A stretch of DNA of 64,000 nucleotides from Vampirovibrio sp. (GTDB lineage Bacteria; Cyanobacteriota; Vampirovibrionia; Vampirovibrionales; JAJTHC01). The stretch's first letter is position 1. Every line of letters starts with the position of its first letter. Made by a program: the position numbers and the translations under genes. Below are positions 10,695-20,983 of this stretch, one piece after another. The stretch covers positions 410,372 to 474,371 of the forward strand of contig CP050876.1 in the NCBI GenBank assembly GCA_050916035.1, read 5' to 3'. Under the pieces are notes generated by a model. That model saw only the letters and a list, made by a program, of their open reading frames with translations. It ran no database searches and was not told the DNA's origin.

Positions 10695-10723
10695 TTGCAT
10701 TATACGCACCTTTGTCATATGGT
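10695..10723 (+). promoter_or_regulatory. sigma70-like promoter upstream of rpsR (TTGCAT-N17-TATGGT)
   Basis: Sequence match TTGCAT(10695-10700), a 17-nt spacer, then TATGGT(10718-10723). An AAGGA ribosome-binding site lies 10 nt before the ATG at 10830. Confidence 0.4.
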
Positions 10724-10829
10724 TTAACTTGTGTCGTTTGCCAATCTTTTATTTAGAGGGGTATCCGAGTCGCCTGTGACGACAATGGCACCGCGTATTC
10801 ACAGTACAAGACACAAAGGAATCTGCCTT

Positions 10830-11048
10830 ATGATGGCTGAACGTCCTAAGAAGCGTTGCTATTTTCAAGCAAACAAAATCTATTACATTGACTATAAGGA
10901 CGCTAATTTATTACGTCGCTTTTTGACGGATCGTGGGAAAATCTTGCCTCGTCGTATTACGGGAGTCAGCGCGTTTTTTCAACGTCGACTCACCAAAGCG
11001 ATTAAGCGCGCAAGAGCCGCTGCGATTTTGCCTTACGTCTACGACTAA
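10830..11048 (+). CDS. rpsR: 30S ribosomal protein S18
   Basis: '[70 protein letters not shown]' is canonical S18. The start is set at the ATG at 10830, which has a ribosome-binding site; the track ORF starts further upstream at an alternative codon. Confidence 0.85.
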   Translation: MMAERPKKRCYFQANKIYYIDYKDANLLRRFLTDRGKILPRRITGVSAFFQRRLTKAIKRARAAAILPYVYD

Positions 11049-11248
11049 GATGAAAACGTAAGACTGTCTTGACTGTCATGGGCTTGAATAAATGTCTTGA
11101 ATTTTTCTTTGCTTTGAATCGTTATTGTTTTGAAAATGACTGCTGGACTCTGGCGTTTGTCCGTCATTCAAAATCCAAGTCTCCTTTATACAAGCCTTCG
11201 TCGCTCAAGTGATGACCCTCTAAAATTAACAAAAATGGAGTTTATCCT

Positions 11249-12037
11249 ATGCCAGTGATTACCTTGGAAGAATTGATGGAAGCAGGCGTTCACTTTGGTC
11301 ACCAAACCAAACGTTGGAACCCTAAAATGAAGCCCTATATTTGGGGCAAGCGTAACGGTATTTATATTATTGACTTAACCAAAACCGTCCCTTTGTTTGA
11401 ACAAGCGTACGAAGCGGTCAAAGCCGTTGCGGCATCAGGCAAAAAAGTAGTTTTTGTCGGCACAAAAAAACAAGCAGCGGATATTGTGGCTGAAGAAGCG
11501 ACACGTGTTGGTGCTTTATACATCAACAAACGTTGGTTGGGGGGGACTTTAACCAATGCAACCGTCATTCGTGGTCGTATTCAACGCCTACGTGAACTTG
11601 AAGAACTCGAAGCCAGCGGTCACTTTGAACGCATGAACAAAAAAGAATTAGCCGTGATGAATCGTACCTTGGCGAAGCTACGTCGTAGCTTAGGGGGATT
11701 GAAAAACATGCGTGGCGAACCTGGTTTGGTCGTCGTCGTGGATGTAAAACATGAACTCAATGCGGTATTGGAAGCGCGTAAAGCTGGTGTGCCCATTGTC
11801 TCTCTACTTGATACCAATGCGGATCCGAGCCTCTGTGATTACAATATTCCTGGTAACGATGATGCACTAAAGTCCATTCGCTTGATTGTCGGTCGCTTGG
11901 CAGACGCCATTGCAGAAGGCAATACAGAACGTGAAAATGCTTTGGCCGTCGCCAAAGAAGCCCAAAAAGCCCCTGCCAAAGAAAAAGCGGCAGAGCCTGA
12001 ATTGGTGGCCAGCGTCACGGAAGAAGTCATTTCTTAA
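11249..12037 (+). CDS. rpsB: 30S ribosomal protein S2
   Basis: 'MPVITLEELMEAGVHFGHQTKRWNPKMKPYIWGKRNGIYIIDL...' is canonical S2. The rpsB-tsf gene order is conserved. Confidence 0.95.
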   Translation: MPVITLEELMEAGVHFGHQTKRWNPKMKPYIWGKRNGIYIIDLTKTVPLFEQAYEAVKAVAASGKKVVFVGTKKQAADIVAEEATRVGALYINKRWLGGTLTNATVIRGRIQRLRELEELEASGHFERMNKKELAVMNRTLAKLRRSLGGLKNMRGEPGLVVVVDVKHELNAVLEARKAGVPIVSLLDTNADPSLCDYNIPGNDDALKSIRLIVGRLADAIAEGNTERENALAVAKEAQKAPAKEKAAEPELVASVTEEVIS

Positions 12038-12074
12038 TCACCGTTTATATAGAAGAGGTTCTCCTGATTTTTCA

Positions 12075-12097
12075 CAAAAAAAGAGGCCTCTTCTTTT
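12075..12097 (+). terminator. hairpin plus T-run between rpsB and tsf (partial terminator/attenuator)
   Basis: AAAAAAGAGGCCTCTTCTTTT is a GC palindrome followed by a T-tract. An equivalent attenuator is known between rpsB and tsf in E. coli. Confidence 0.4.
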
Positions 12098-12139
12098 GAA
12101 TTAAAGATTCAAAGACATAAATTAAAGGAATTTAAATCA

Positions 12140-13033
12140 ATGATGATGTCAGTATCAATGCAAGCCATTAAAGAGCTCCGTGAACAAACGGGAGCAGGTA
12201 TGATGGACGTACGCCAAGCCTTGGTGGATGCCGAGGGTGATAAACAAAAGGCGGTTGAATTATTGCGTCAAAAAGGTGCTGCAAGTGCTGAGAAAAAAGC
12301 GTCTCGTACCGCTGCAGAAGGTAAAGTGGCTGCTGTTCTAGAAAACGGAATCGGTGCCTTAGTGGAAGTGAACTGTGAAACCGATTTCACAGGCAATAAC
12401 GAAAAATTCTTGAGCTTGGTTGAAGGAGCTCAAGCCGTTGTCATTGCTCAGGATTATGCCGACGTCGATGCCTTTATGCAAGTGGATTATAACGGCCGTC
12501 CTTTAAAAGAACTCTTTACGGATGTCATTACCGCGGTTCGTGAAAACATGAAAGTGGCTCGATTTGTTCGCTATACACCTAGTGAAAATGGATTTGTGCA
12601 TGCTTATATTCACGCGGGTGGTAAAATTGGTGTTTTGATTGAAACCGCCTGCGAGAATGCTTCGGCCCTGTCTAATGAAGCCTTTACCACCTTTACCAAA
12701 GACATGGCCATGCAAATTGCGGCCTTTGCCCCTGAATTTGTCTCACGTTCTGAAGTTCCTATTGCTGAAGTTGAAAACGAAACACGCATTGAACTGGGAA
12801 AAGAAGATATTCAGAAAAAACCAGAAGCCATGCGTGCTAAAATTGTCGAAGGTCGGGTTGAAAAGAATTTAGCCACACGCGTTTTGACGTCACAAACGTA
12901 TGTGAAAGACGGTAGCAAAACCATTACTCAACTCATTGAAGACTTGGGTAAAAGCTTAGGGGGAACCGTATCGATTCGTCGCTTTACACGTTATTCCCTG
13001 GGGGAACTCTCTCCTGCTGCTGAAGAAGATTAA
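12140..13033 (+). CDS. tsf: elongation factor Ts
   Basis: 'AIKELREQTGAGMMDVRQALVDAEGDKQKAVELLRQKG' is the EF-Ts N-terminal UBA-like motif. Length is 297 aa. Confidence 0.95.
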   Translation: MMMSVSMQAIKELREQTGAGMMDVRQALVDAEGDKQKAVELLRQKGAASAEKKASRTAAEGKVAAVLENGIGALVEVNCETDFTGNNEKFLSLVEGAQAVVIAQDYADVDAFMQVDYNGRPLKELFTDVITAVRENMKVARFVRYTPSENGFVHAYIHAGGKIGVLIETACENASALSNEAFTTFTKDMAMQIAAFAPEFVSRSEVPIAEVENETRIELGKEDIQKKPEAMRAKIVEGRVEKNLATRVLTSQTYVKDGSKTITQLIEDLGKSLGGTVSIRRFTRYSLGELSPAAEED

Positions 13034-13049
13034 TTTTTTACAATTGCTA

Positions 13050-13079
13050 AGACGGGGTGATGTTTAGATCACCCCGTCT
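13050..13079. terminator. bidirectional intrinsic terminator between tsf (+) and the sigma-factor gene (-)
   Basis: Perfect inverted repeat AGACGGGGTGATGTTTAGATCACCCCGTCT flanked by T/A tracts. Confidence 0.6.
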
Positions 13080-13111
13080 TTGTATTGAGATCTAGTCTGC
13101 CAAATCGCTGC

Positions 13112-13936
13112 TTATTCTTGAATATACATTTTATCTTTTAAATATTGACGCACATCTTCTAAACAAGATTGTACAATACGGGTAATCCGTGAACTCGACA
13201 ATCCCATTTCATCGGCAATGTCCTTGACTTGCATATTTTTATAGAAGCGACATTCCATAATATATTTTTCTCGAGCAGGCAAAGACTTAATGGCACGCTT
13301 AACGGCCTTCCCTAATTCAGAAATTTCAAGTTCTTCTTCAGGCGTGGCGGCATCATCCGCAATACAGTCGAAACTTGTTGTACCATCTTCACTGGTTTGT
13401 AAGCTATCAATCGATAAAATGGTCTCATACACCGCTTCACGAACGGATTCAATCCCATTATGAGTCTCCTCCGTTGAGTCATTCTCTTTTTTATGTTTCA
13501 ACGTATACCATTTTAAGCGGACTCTAATTTCATTACGAATCCCCCAACGAATGGCGGTGGCCATGTAAGACACATTCAGACGCGCCATATCTTCAGGGCT
13601 TTTATTATTGATGAGATTCTGAACCGCCAAAGCCCCAATACTAATCAGTTCTTCAATTTCTACCATATGAGGGGGAATACGTCTAAATTCGGCACGAGCC
13701 ACCCGTTCCACTAAATTGAGGTAGTCGGCCACTTGATTACTTTTGGTATTTTGCCGAGGCATCACCGCATACGTATGCTGGCCTTGTACCACAAAATTTT
13801 GCTGTAATTGTGGTATCGCGGTTTCAGCAGAAAGAATGGTTTGCGGTATATTCGTGGCCACATTAGGCGGGTTTGAGTTTTTTTTAGGCTGAGAAGGCTT
13901 TTGAGGCAACGTCATAAAAAAAGGTTCTCCGTCCAT
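13112..13936 (-). CDS. RNA polymerase sigma factor, sigma-70 family, FliA/sigma-28-like, with N-terminal extension
   Basis: Region 2 ('NLINNKSPEDMARLNVSYMATAIRWGIRNEI') and the region 4 helix-turn-helix ('KDIADEMGLSSSRITRIVQ') are recognisable. There is an unusual roughly 70-aa Pro/Gln-rich N-terminal extension. Confidence 0.6.
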   Translation of the reverse strand: MDGEPFFMTLPQKPSQPKKNSNPPNVATNIPQTILSAETAIPQLQQNFVVQGQHTYAVMPRQNTKSNQVADYLNLVERVARAEFRRIPPHMVEIEELISIGALAVQNLINNKSPEDMARLNVSYMATAIRWGIRNEIRVRLKWYTLKHKKENDSTEETHNGIESVREAVYETILSIDSLQTSEDGTTSFDCIADDAATPEEELEISELGKAVKRAIKSLPAREKYIMECRFYKNMQVKDIADEMGLSSSRITRIVQSCLEDVRQYLKDKMYIQE

Positions 13937-14007
13937 TCACAAGACCACAGAAGCTTCTGTGTAAAGAGGGGCTGTCTAGAATGTCGACGATTAAAACCCA
14001 AAGCATA

Positions 14008-14037
14008 GAGGCCTCCATCAAATAACGGAGGCCTCTA
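14008..14037 (-). terminator. intrinsic terminator downstream of fusA
   Basis: Perfect inverted repeat AGAGGCCTCC-N10-GGAGGCCTCT lies 36 nt past the fusA stop, followed on the minus strand by a weak T-tract. Confidence 0.5.
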
Positions 14038-14072
14038 CTCTTATAAAAGCTAAAAAGAAAGACGAAACGCGT

Positions 14073-16169
14073 CTAAGCTTCGACGGAATGCCCTTTAAAT
14101 TTAGACATCATCGCTTCTGCAATGCTATTAGGCATGGGTTCATAGTTCGCAAATTCCATGCTGAAGGTACCACGACCCTGCGTTTTAGAACGTAGATCCG
14201 TGGCGTAACCAAACATTTCACCCAAAGGAATGGTGGCTCTGACAATCGTACCACCCGTTCCCGTGACAGGCTCCATGCCTTCAATACGACCACGACGACT
14301 GGACAAATCACCAATCACATCACCCATAAAGTCATCTGGCACTTCGACTTCAACCTTCATGGTGGGTTCAAGTAACTGAGGCCCCGCTTTAGGAACACCC
14401 GCCTTTAGGGCCATAGATCCTGCAATTTTAAAGGCCATTTCACTAGAGTCTACATCATGGTAGCTACCGTCATACAAGGTTGCTTGAACATCGATCATTT
14501 CAAACCCTGCAATAATACCGCCTTTTAAAGCTTCTTCAACCCCTTTAGACACAGGCTGAATGTATTCTTTCGGCACCACACCGCCCACAATTTTGTTGAC
14601 GAATTTGTAACCTTCGCCGCGGCCAAGGGGTTCCAAACGCAACCAAACATGACCAAATTGACCACGTCCACCTGATTGACGAACAAACTTTCCTTCTACT
14701 TCAACCATTTTGGTAATGGTTTCTCGATACGCGACCTGAGGTTTGCCCACACTCGCGTTGACTTTAAATTCACGAAGCAGACGATCCACAATAATTTCGA
14801 GGTGAAGCTCACCCATCCCTGCAATAACCGTTTGAGCGGATTCTTCATCCACACGCACACGGAAGGTAGGATCTTCTTCAGCCAATTTAATCAAACTCAT
14901 GGACAGTTTATCTTGATCCGCTTTGGAATTCGGTTCAATGGCCACCTCAATAACAGGTTCAGGAATAAAGATGGATTCCAAAATCACTTCATTGCCTTCC
15001 GTGGTCAAGGTATCTCCCGTTGTGGTGTTTTTAAAGCCCACACAAGCAAAAATATCACCCGCGCGCACTTCATCAATTTCCACACGAGCATCCGCGTGCA
15101 TTTGCACAATACGGCTCACTCGCTCTTTTTTACCTTTGGTGGCGTTCACAATGTAGCTGCCCCCACTCATCACACCACTGTAAGCGCGACAAAACGTCAA
15201 ACGACCCACGAAAGGATCTGTCATGATTTTAAAGGCCAAGGCGGCGAAAGGTTCATCATCACTGGACTGACGAATAATTTTGGTTTCACGGTCCATGGCT
15301 AGCCCTTCAATAGGAGGCACATCATTCGGCGCGGGCAAGTAGTCGACAACCGCATCCAACAACGGTTGAACCCCCTTGTTTTTAAAGGCCGTTCCACACA
15401 AGACAGGCACAATCTTTACCGCACAAACAGCCTTGCGCAACGCTTGCTTAAGCTCAGCCGTGGCAATGACTTCCCCGCCCAAATAGCGTTCCATTAAGGC
15501 ATCATCATTTTCAACAATCGCTTCGACCAACGTTTCCCGTGCCAAAGTCGCTTCATCCAGCATATCCGCAGGAATCGCTTCAATGCGAATATCTTTACCA
15601 ATATCATCATAAAAACGAATCGCATTAAATTCAACCAAATCGATGACGCCCAAGAAGTTTTCTTCTGCACCAATGGGCAATTGAATAGGCACTGCATTGG
15701 CTTTAAGACGGTCTCTCATTTGACCGACCACACGGGTAAAGTTAGCACCTGTACGGTCCATTTTGTTGACAAACGCCATACGAGGCACTTTATAACGATC
15801 CGCTTGACGCCAAACGGTTTCAGACTGAGACTGAACCCCACCCACTGAACAGAAAACGGCACAAACGCCATCAAGCACGCGCAAGGAACGTTCCACTTCA
15901 ATGGTGAAATCCACGTGACCAGGGGTGTCAATAATATTAATTTGGTAATCTTTCCAAGACGTGGTAATCGCGGCGGACGTAATGGTAATACCCCGTTCAC
16001 GTTCTTGCTCCATCCAGTCGGTCACGGCGTTACCGTCATGCACTTCACCAATTTTATGCACTTTGCCTGAATAAAACAAAATACGTTCCGTCGTGGTGGT
16101 TTTACCCGCATCAATGTGGGCGGCAATACCGATATTACGAACTTTAGAAAGGGGGATTTTACGAGCCAC
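14073..16169 (-). CDS. fusA: translation elongation factor G
   Basis: '[45 protein letters not shown]...' is canonical EF-G. The likely start is the GTG at 16169 with an AAAGGA ribosome-binding site; the track ORF begins 18 codons upstream. Confidence 0.9.
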   Translation of the reverse strand: MARKIPLSKVRNIGIAAHIDAGKTTTTERILFYSGKVHKIGEVHDGNAVTDWMEQERERGITITSAAITTSWKDYQINIIDTPGHVDFTIEVERSLRVLDGVCAVFCSVGGVQSQSETVWRQADRYKVPRMAFVNKMDRTGANFTRVVGQMRDRLKANAVPIQLPIGAEENFLGVIDLVEFNAIRFYDDIGKDIRIEAIPADMLDEATLARETLVEAIVENDDALMERYLGGEVIATAELKQALRKAVCAVKIVPVLCGTAFKNKGVQPLLDAVVDYLPAPNDVPPIEGLAMDRETKIIRQSSDDEPFAALAFKIMTDPFVGRLTFCRAYSGVMSGGSYIVNATKGKKERVSRIVQMHADARVEIDEVRAGDIFACVGFKNTTTGDTLTTEGNEVILESIFIPEPVIEVAIEPNSKADQDKLSMSLIKLAEEDPTFRVRVDEESAQTVIAGMGELHLEIIVDRLLREFKVNASVGKPQVAYRETITKMVEVEGKFVRQSGGRGQFGHVWLRLEPLGRGEGYKFVNKIVGGVVPKEYIQPVSKGVEEALKGGIIAGFEMIDVQATLYDGSYHDVDSSEMAFKIAGSMALKAGVPKAGPQLLEPTMKVEVEVPDDFMGDVIGDLSSRRGRIEGMEPVTGTGGTIVRATIPLGEMFGYATDLRSKTQGRGTFSMEFANYEPMPNSIAEAMMSKFKGHSVEA

Positions 16170-16564
16170 GAGATTAGATTCCTTTTGGAGTTGAAATAAA
16201 ACGAATAAGGGACATAAATTCATTTTACCCTAAAAGATATGGAAATTCAAACACGCCTGAAGATATTCAATCCTTGGAGCGCACGTTTTTTGATTTACAC
16301 CGCCAAATTCGAGGCGTCAAGCCGTAAACGACCCCTCAACACCGCGCACAAAAAGGTATTTACATGTTTTTATGTCCATGTTAGCCTTATTAAGCTATTT
16401 CAAACGCTTTAATATAATTTAAACAAATGAAAGTGTGTCCTTGCTTTAATGAATTCTCTTTTCCTAGCTTTTTTCATAACACGAATGTGATGCGATAATC
16501 CCTCCTTAATAATACCCTGCTTCCTTCTCTTCTTTATATTTTTTACGCTAGGAAAAATAGTGTT

Positions 16565-18019
16565 ATGGTCTTTGTTTCGCAGTCTAAATTGCGGATTACC
16601 CCCATTGCGTATCCGCTAGATCAAAATGAAAATGTCTCTTTGCCGTCTGTCCTGAGGGAAGATGCCCCTATTGCAACGGCGCCTCCCAAAGCCAAAAGTC
16701 GCCCTCCCCTCATTCAAAAGAAAAAAGAAGACCCGAAAAAAAAGTCACACTGGATGACCAATGCAGGCTTTCAACTCTATGCGGTCGTCGGAGCGATTAA
16801 AACCGTCTCCAGCCTAAAGCGCGGCTTTGAATTTGGAAACCCCACCTTACTTCTAGGCAATACCGCTTTATTGGCGTCCTTTCCCGCCGTTTTTTGGTCG
16901 CATGGATTTTATGCCAAAGCCTTTATGTTGGTGGCCAATCATTTGTCTGAAATGGCAGAAGCCACCATTGGCTATAATGACCGTGTCACCGCGGAAGCCC
17001 ACAAGGCACGCGAAAAGGGTTATAGCGTCCCTCCCTTAGACATTAAGGGCATGAAAGGATTTCAACATTGGTTTAATCGAGACTTATTAAAACGTACGCT
17101 TCGCTTCCGCAACACCACAAACGACAAACACCAATTTAAAGAAGCCACCGCTTTTATTGTGAATGATTTAAAATATGCGGAAAAACAATTACAAGGTACC
17201 CTTCATGCCGGGGGGCAATGGATCAAAGAAGCCTCTAAAAAAGTGGTGAATCCTCAGTATAAAATGAAATGGCCAGAACGATTCAAAGTGGATTCCTTAG
17301 CCAGTGGATCCCTTGAAAATATCAAGATCCAAAAAAACATCTACCATGCGGAAACTACAGGAGCCTTCGGCGGGATTGTCGGCGTGATGATTGAAACCGT
17401 GGCAGACAGTATCGGCGTTAATCATGTGGCCAAGATTTTTACCCGCCCCGCCTTACTCGTGGCCAACCTGTTACAAACCACCGCCGCCTTATGTGGCGCC
17501 AAGCAATTGTATTTTAGACCCGATGCACAACAGAAAAAATCCCCCAAGTTTAAAAATATGGCCTATCAGGAAGCAGGCGGGGTCGTTTTAGAAGCCGTCG
17601 GTGCCGCGAGCTGGTCCAATGACTGGCTTTTGGGGATTTATCGAATTGGTTCCGCCTTAAGAATGCCCTACCGTAAGCATAAAACCAAATTGACCACCAA
17701 TGAAGCAGGCCAAGTCGTTGAACTCAAAATACTGACCCCTGCGGTGAAAAAAGCCTTATTTACGGAAAATTTGTCTTTTGTGGCGGATGTCGTGGCCGCT
17801 GGGCTCATTTTAGGGGCGCCCTTAATCGCGTGGTGGGAAGCCAAACATCGTAAAAGTCTCAATCCCGTCGAACGTTTAAAGTCCACACCCAAGCAACAGG
17901 CAAAACCCAACGTATCATCCAAGGTTCAGTCCGTTTCTTATCCTCGTTTGTCGCAGAACAAATCCCCTGTCGACACGCAAAATCTAAAGGCCCCATTGGC
18001 TTCTCAGGCATTTGCATAA
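16565..18019 (+). CDS. hypothetical alpha-helical membrane protein (Lys/Pro-rich linker, several hydrophobic segments, C-terminal anchor)
   Basis: Long ORF with no recognisable domain. 'PPKAKSRPPLIQKKKEDPKKKSH' precedes the first hydrophobic segment. A C-terminal transmembrane segment reads 'FVADVVAAGLILGAPLIAWW'. Confidence 0.4.
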   Translation: MVFVSQSKLRITPIAYPLDQNENVSLPSVLREDAPIATAPPKAKSRPPLIQKKKEDPKKKSHWMTNAGFQLYAVVGAIKTVSSLKRGFEFGNPTLLLGNTALLASFPAVFWSHGFYAKAFMLVANHLSEMAEATIGYNDRVTAEAHKAREKGYSVPPLDIKGMKGFQHWFNRDLLKRTLRFRNTTNDKHQFKEATAFIVNDLKYAEKQLQGTLHAGGQWIKEASKKVVNPQYKMKWPERFKVDSLASGSLENIKIQKNIYHAETTGAFGGIVGVMIETVADSIGVNHVAKIFTRPALLVANLLQTTAALCGAKQLYFRPDAQQKKSPKFKNMAYQEAGGVVLEAVGAASWSNDWLLGIYRIGSALRMPYRKHKTKLTTNEAGQVVELKILTPAVKKALFTENLSFVADVVAAGLILGAPLIAWWEAKHRKSLNPVERLKSTPKQQAKPNVSSKVQSVSYPRLSQNKSPVDTQNLKAPLASQAFA

Positions 18020-18138
18020 AGCCTTTTGCAATCATGATGTTTGCTATACAATAGAATTAATCATCGTCGTCTTAGTCAAGAAACACGTTTATTATGCGCC
18101 CTCTCGCTGTGCATAAACCGTGAAGGAGCATTCGCCCA

Positions 18139-19218
18139 ATGGATTTTTTATATCAACCCATGATTGAAGCCTTAACGTTTTTAAAAGGCATTTTAGGGAA
18201 TTATGGTTTCGCTATTATTGTGTTTACCGTACTAATGCGCGTGCTCTTATGGCCTTTAAACACCAAGCAAACCGAGTCCATGAAGGCCATGCAGTCCATG
18301 CAACCCAAGTTAAAGGCCTTGCAAGACCAATATAAAGATGACCCCGCCACCATGCAAAAAGAAGTCATGGCCTTTTACGCGACCAACAAGTTTAATCCCT
18401 TGGCAGGTTGCTTGCCCATGCTTTTGCAAATCCCTATTTTTATTGCCTTATACGGTGCTTTGTCTTCCCCCGCCTTCATGCAGTTGGCTGGGCAAGAACA
18501 CTTTGGATTTATTCAACACTTACACCACACGTGGCGCTCTAATGGGGGAGACCCTTTAGACCATATCATGGCGGTGGACAGTAGTAGTCGTCAGTTTGAA
18601 GCAGGTAAAACCTTAGACGTCTATTTAAAAGGCTTGGATGCCCCTGAACAAATTGCGGTGAAAAGCCTGCGTATGAATGATGTCAAAAAACTCTATGCCG
18701 TGGAGCCTCAGCCCCCGATTGCGGGCAAACCCCTGCACTTCACCATTCACCAAAGTGACTTAGGCTTTGATGATGCCTACAGCAAAAACATTGTTAAGCT
18801 TCAGGGAAGCGTGATGAATGTAGCCTCTAAAGAATTAGAAACGCTTAGCTTCACCCCAGCACAGGGTGCCACGGCCTTTCAAAGTGAAATTCCTACGCGA
18901 AAAACAGAAACCACCTACCATTACGGGGTACTGGCTTTAATTGTGATTTACGGCTTACTGAGTTGGGCGTATCAGTGGTCTATGACTTTGATGTCTGGAA
19001 CACCCACGCCTGCAGAAGGGCCACAAGCCTTGATGAACAAGTTTATGCCGCTGCTCTTTGCCGTTTTAATGTTGATTATTCAGATTCCTGCAGGCGTCAT
19101 GCTTTATTTGGTGACCACCATGGTCATGATGCTTGTTCAGAACTTGTATCTGTATAAGAAAAACCCACCCACGTTGAGCTCGCCTGACGCCAAGCTTCAA
19201 GTGGTGGATGTAAATTAA
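18139..19218 (+). CDS. yidC: membrane protein insertase YidC/Oxa1 family (short form)
   Basis: 'GNYGFAIIVFTVLMRVLLWPLNTKQTESMKAMQSMQPKLKALQDQYKDDP' is the conserved YidC core. An AAGGAG ribosome-binding site is present. Confidence 0.85.
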   Translation: MDFLYQPMIEALTFLKGILGNYGFAIIVFTVLMRVLLWPLNTKQTESMKAMQSMQPKLKALQDQYKDDPATMQKEVMAFYATNKFNPLAGCLPMLLQIPIFIALYGALSSPAFMQLAGQEHFGFIQHLHHTWRSNGGDPLDHIMAVDSSSRQFEAGKTLDVYLKGLDAPEQIAVKSLRMNDVKKLYAVEPQPPIAGKPLHFTIHQSDLGFDDAYSKNIVKLQGSVMNVASKELETLSFTPAQGATAFQSEIPTRKTETTYHYGVLALIVIYGLLSWAYQWSMTLMSGTPTPAEGPQALMNKFMPLLFAVLMLIIQIPAGVMLYLVTTMVMMLVQNLYLYKKNPPTLSSPDAKLQVVDVN

Positions 19219-19287
19219 TGTAACAAAGGGGCCCCTTGCCCGCACCTTTAAAAGATGCGTCGTCTTGTTTACTTGAGCTAATACATT

Positions 19288-19320
19288 ATGCTCCCTCACC
19301 AAATTGAGGGAGCATTTTTT
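19288..19320 (+). terminator. Rho-independent terminator of yidC
   Basis: ATGCTCCCTCA-CCAAAT-TGAGGGAGCAT followed by TTTTTT. Confidence 0.65.
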
Positions 19321-19327
19321 AGAGTAG

Positions 19328-19550
19328 ACGTCAACGCAAAAATGCGAGGCTTCCGAGACATTTTGCGGACGTCGTGGCCGTAAATGATGCGAGGAGGTGG
19401 GGATTGAGGGGGGATTTTCAAGGGGGGACGAAGGGGAGGAGAAACGCAATGCGTCCTTCCCCGTCCCCCCTTGAACGGATTTAGAGGTGTCGGAGAACCT
19501 TTTTCCGTAAAAAGGTCTCTGACGGCACAAGCTAAAAATGCAGAGAAAAA
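19328..19550. repeat. structured intergenic repeat, copy A (related copy at 51785..52040)
   Basis: Shared blocks are GACGTCAACGCA, TTTTGCGGACG, a G-run/C-run hairpin (19417..19475) and a second hairpin GGTGTCGGAGAACCTTTTTCCGTAAAAAGGTCTCTGACGGCAC. The distal roughly 75 bp are near-identical between copies. Confidence 0.6.
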
Positions 19551-19560
19551 GGCCCTTGGA

Positions 19561-20790
19561 CTAAAGCCAAGCGTCACAAAGGTGCATTAAAAGCCCGCGC
19601 GCGATTTCATCCTTAGGCGCTTTAGCCAAAAAATGGGGGGCCTGTGTTTCATCGGTCCATAGTAGCGTCATTTCATTGTCAGGCTGATGAAAGGCAATAT
19701 CTTCGCGCCCAATGGCATTCACCGCCAAGGCATCCGCCCCCTTACGGCGTAGTTTTTCATACAGGGGGGTGTAATCTCCCGTTTCACTTTCCGCGGCAAA
19801 GCCCAAGACTTTTTGATGCGGTTGCTTCATGGCGCACGCTTCTTTTAAAATATCAGGGGTGATTTCTAAATCCAGCGTGTAATGAGCACAGGCTTCGCTT
19901 TTCTTAATTTTACCCGCTTGGGGAGATCGAGGTCTAAAATCACTGACGGCAGCCGCTTTTAAAAGCCAATCCTGCTGAGCAAACGCCTTTAAAACGGCGG
20001 TTCTCATTAAATCAACGCTGGGGCAATACTGCACCTGATACGGCCTACTTTCAAAAGCATCCAGAGGGGTGGCGCTGATCAGCGTGACGTCGGCTCCCAT
20101 GGCGTAGGCTTCATCTGCCAAGGCCCGTCCCATTTTTCCACTGGAGCGATTCGTCAGCACGCGTGCAGGGTCTAAGGCTTCTTGCGTGCCCCCTGCGGTG
20201 ACCAGTATTTTTTTCCCCACCAAGCGATGAGCCTGAGGATGCAAGGCTTTATACAAGGTCAGTAAAGTCCATGCATCAGGCGCCAAATGCCCTGACCCTG
20301 TTTCCCCACAAGCCAATAAGCCTTCAACAGGCGGCACCATAAACACATGAGGCAAGGCGCTTAACAGATCTAAATTGCGTTGTGTTAAGGGATGTTCCCA
20401 CATACGGCGATTCATGGCAGGGGCAATCACAATGGGCTTCGCATCAAAACACAGGGCCGTTGCGGTGAGTAAATCCCCCGTTAATCCTTGTGCCAGTTGA
20501 GCCAAACTATTCGCCGTAGCGGGGTAAATCAGGAGTGCATCCCCCCATTGCGCCAAACTAATATGTAGCGGTACGCCTGCTTCATCCACCGCGTGATGTT
20601 CCGCCGTCGCCTTTTTTTTACTGAGGCTCGACAAGGTTAAGGCGGTGATAAACTGAGGCGCTTCTTGGGAAAGAATGGGATGAACCGCTTCCGCTCCCAA
20701 TCGCTGAAGGGTGCGAATCAAATCCGCACTTTTATAGGCCGCAACACTTGCACAAACGCCTAAAACAATACGGTTACCGTGAAAAAACAT
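19561..20790 (-). CDS. coaBC: bifunctional phosphopantothenoylcysteine decarboxylase / phosphopantothenate-cysteine ligase
   Basis: An N-terminal flavoprotein domain ('RIVLGVCASVAAYKSADLIRTLQ') is followed by a CoaB domain. Length is 409 aa. Confidence 0.9.
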   Translation of the reverse strand: MFFHGNRIVLGVCASVAAYKSADLIRTLQRLGAEAVHPILSQEAPQFITALTLSSLSKKKATAEHHAVDEAGVPLHISLAQWGDALLIYPATANSLAQLAQGLTGDLLTATALCFDAKPIVIAPAMNRRMWEHPLTQRNLDLLSALPHVFMVPPVEGLLACGETGSGHLAPDAWTLLTLYKALHPQAHRLVGKKILVTAGGTQEALDPARVLTNRSSGKMGRALADEAYAMGADVTLISATPLDAFESRPYQVQYCPSVDLMRTAVLKAFAQQDWLLKAAAVSDFRPRSPQAGKIKKSEACAHYTLDLEITPDILKEACAMKQPHQKVLGFAAESETGDYTPLYEKLRRKGADALAVNAIGREDIAFHQPDNEMTLLWTDETQAPHFLAKAPKDEIARGLLMHLCDAWL

Positions 20791-20983
20791 GAAGAGTCCT
20801 CATCTTTTCTTTAGGCCACCCTTGAAAAGGGTACCGTGTATGATGTAATGCCATACAGACTAGCACAAAAAAGGGCGCCCATTGGTTTTATGCTCAATAT
20901 GATGTACCCGTGTTAAGAAAATCATAATTATTTCGTGTCAACAAAAAACAATCCCTGTTCGACCGTGATGAGGAGTCAAAACC

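Noticed and set aside
14676-15302. Antisense ORFs inside fusA (14676..15302, 14923..15156, 14108..14314, 15494..16000)
   Set aside because: They are embedded opposite a highly conserved EF-G coding sequence, with no ribosome-binding sites and biased composition. These are typical shadow ORFs.
19066-19577. ORFs 19066..19530 and 19296..19577 (minus strand)
   Set aside because: They overlap the yidC 3' end and the GC-tract repeat. Their Pro/Arg/Gly-rich products come from G/C runs, and no equivalent ORF exists in the second repeat copy.
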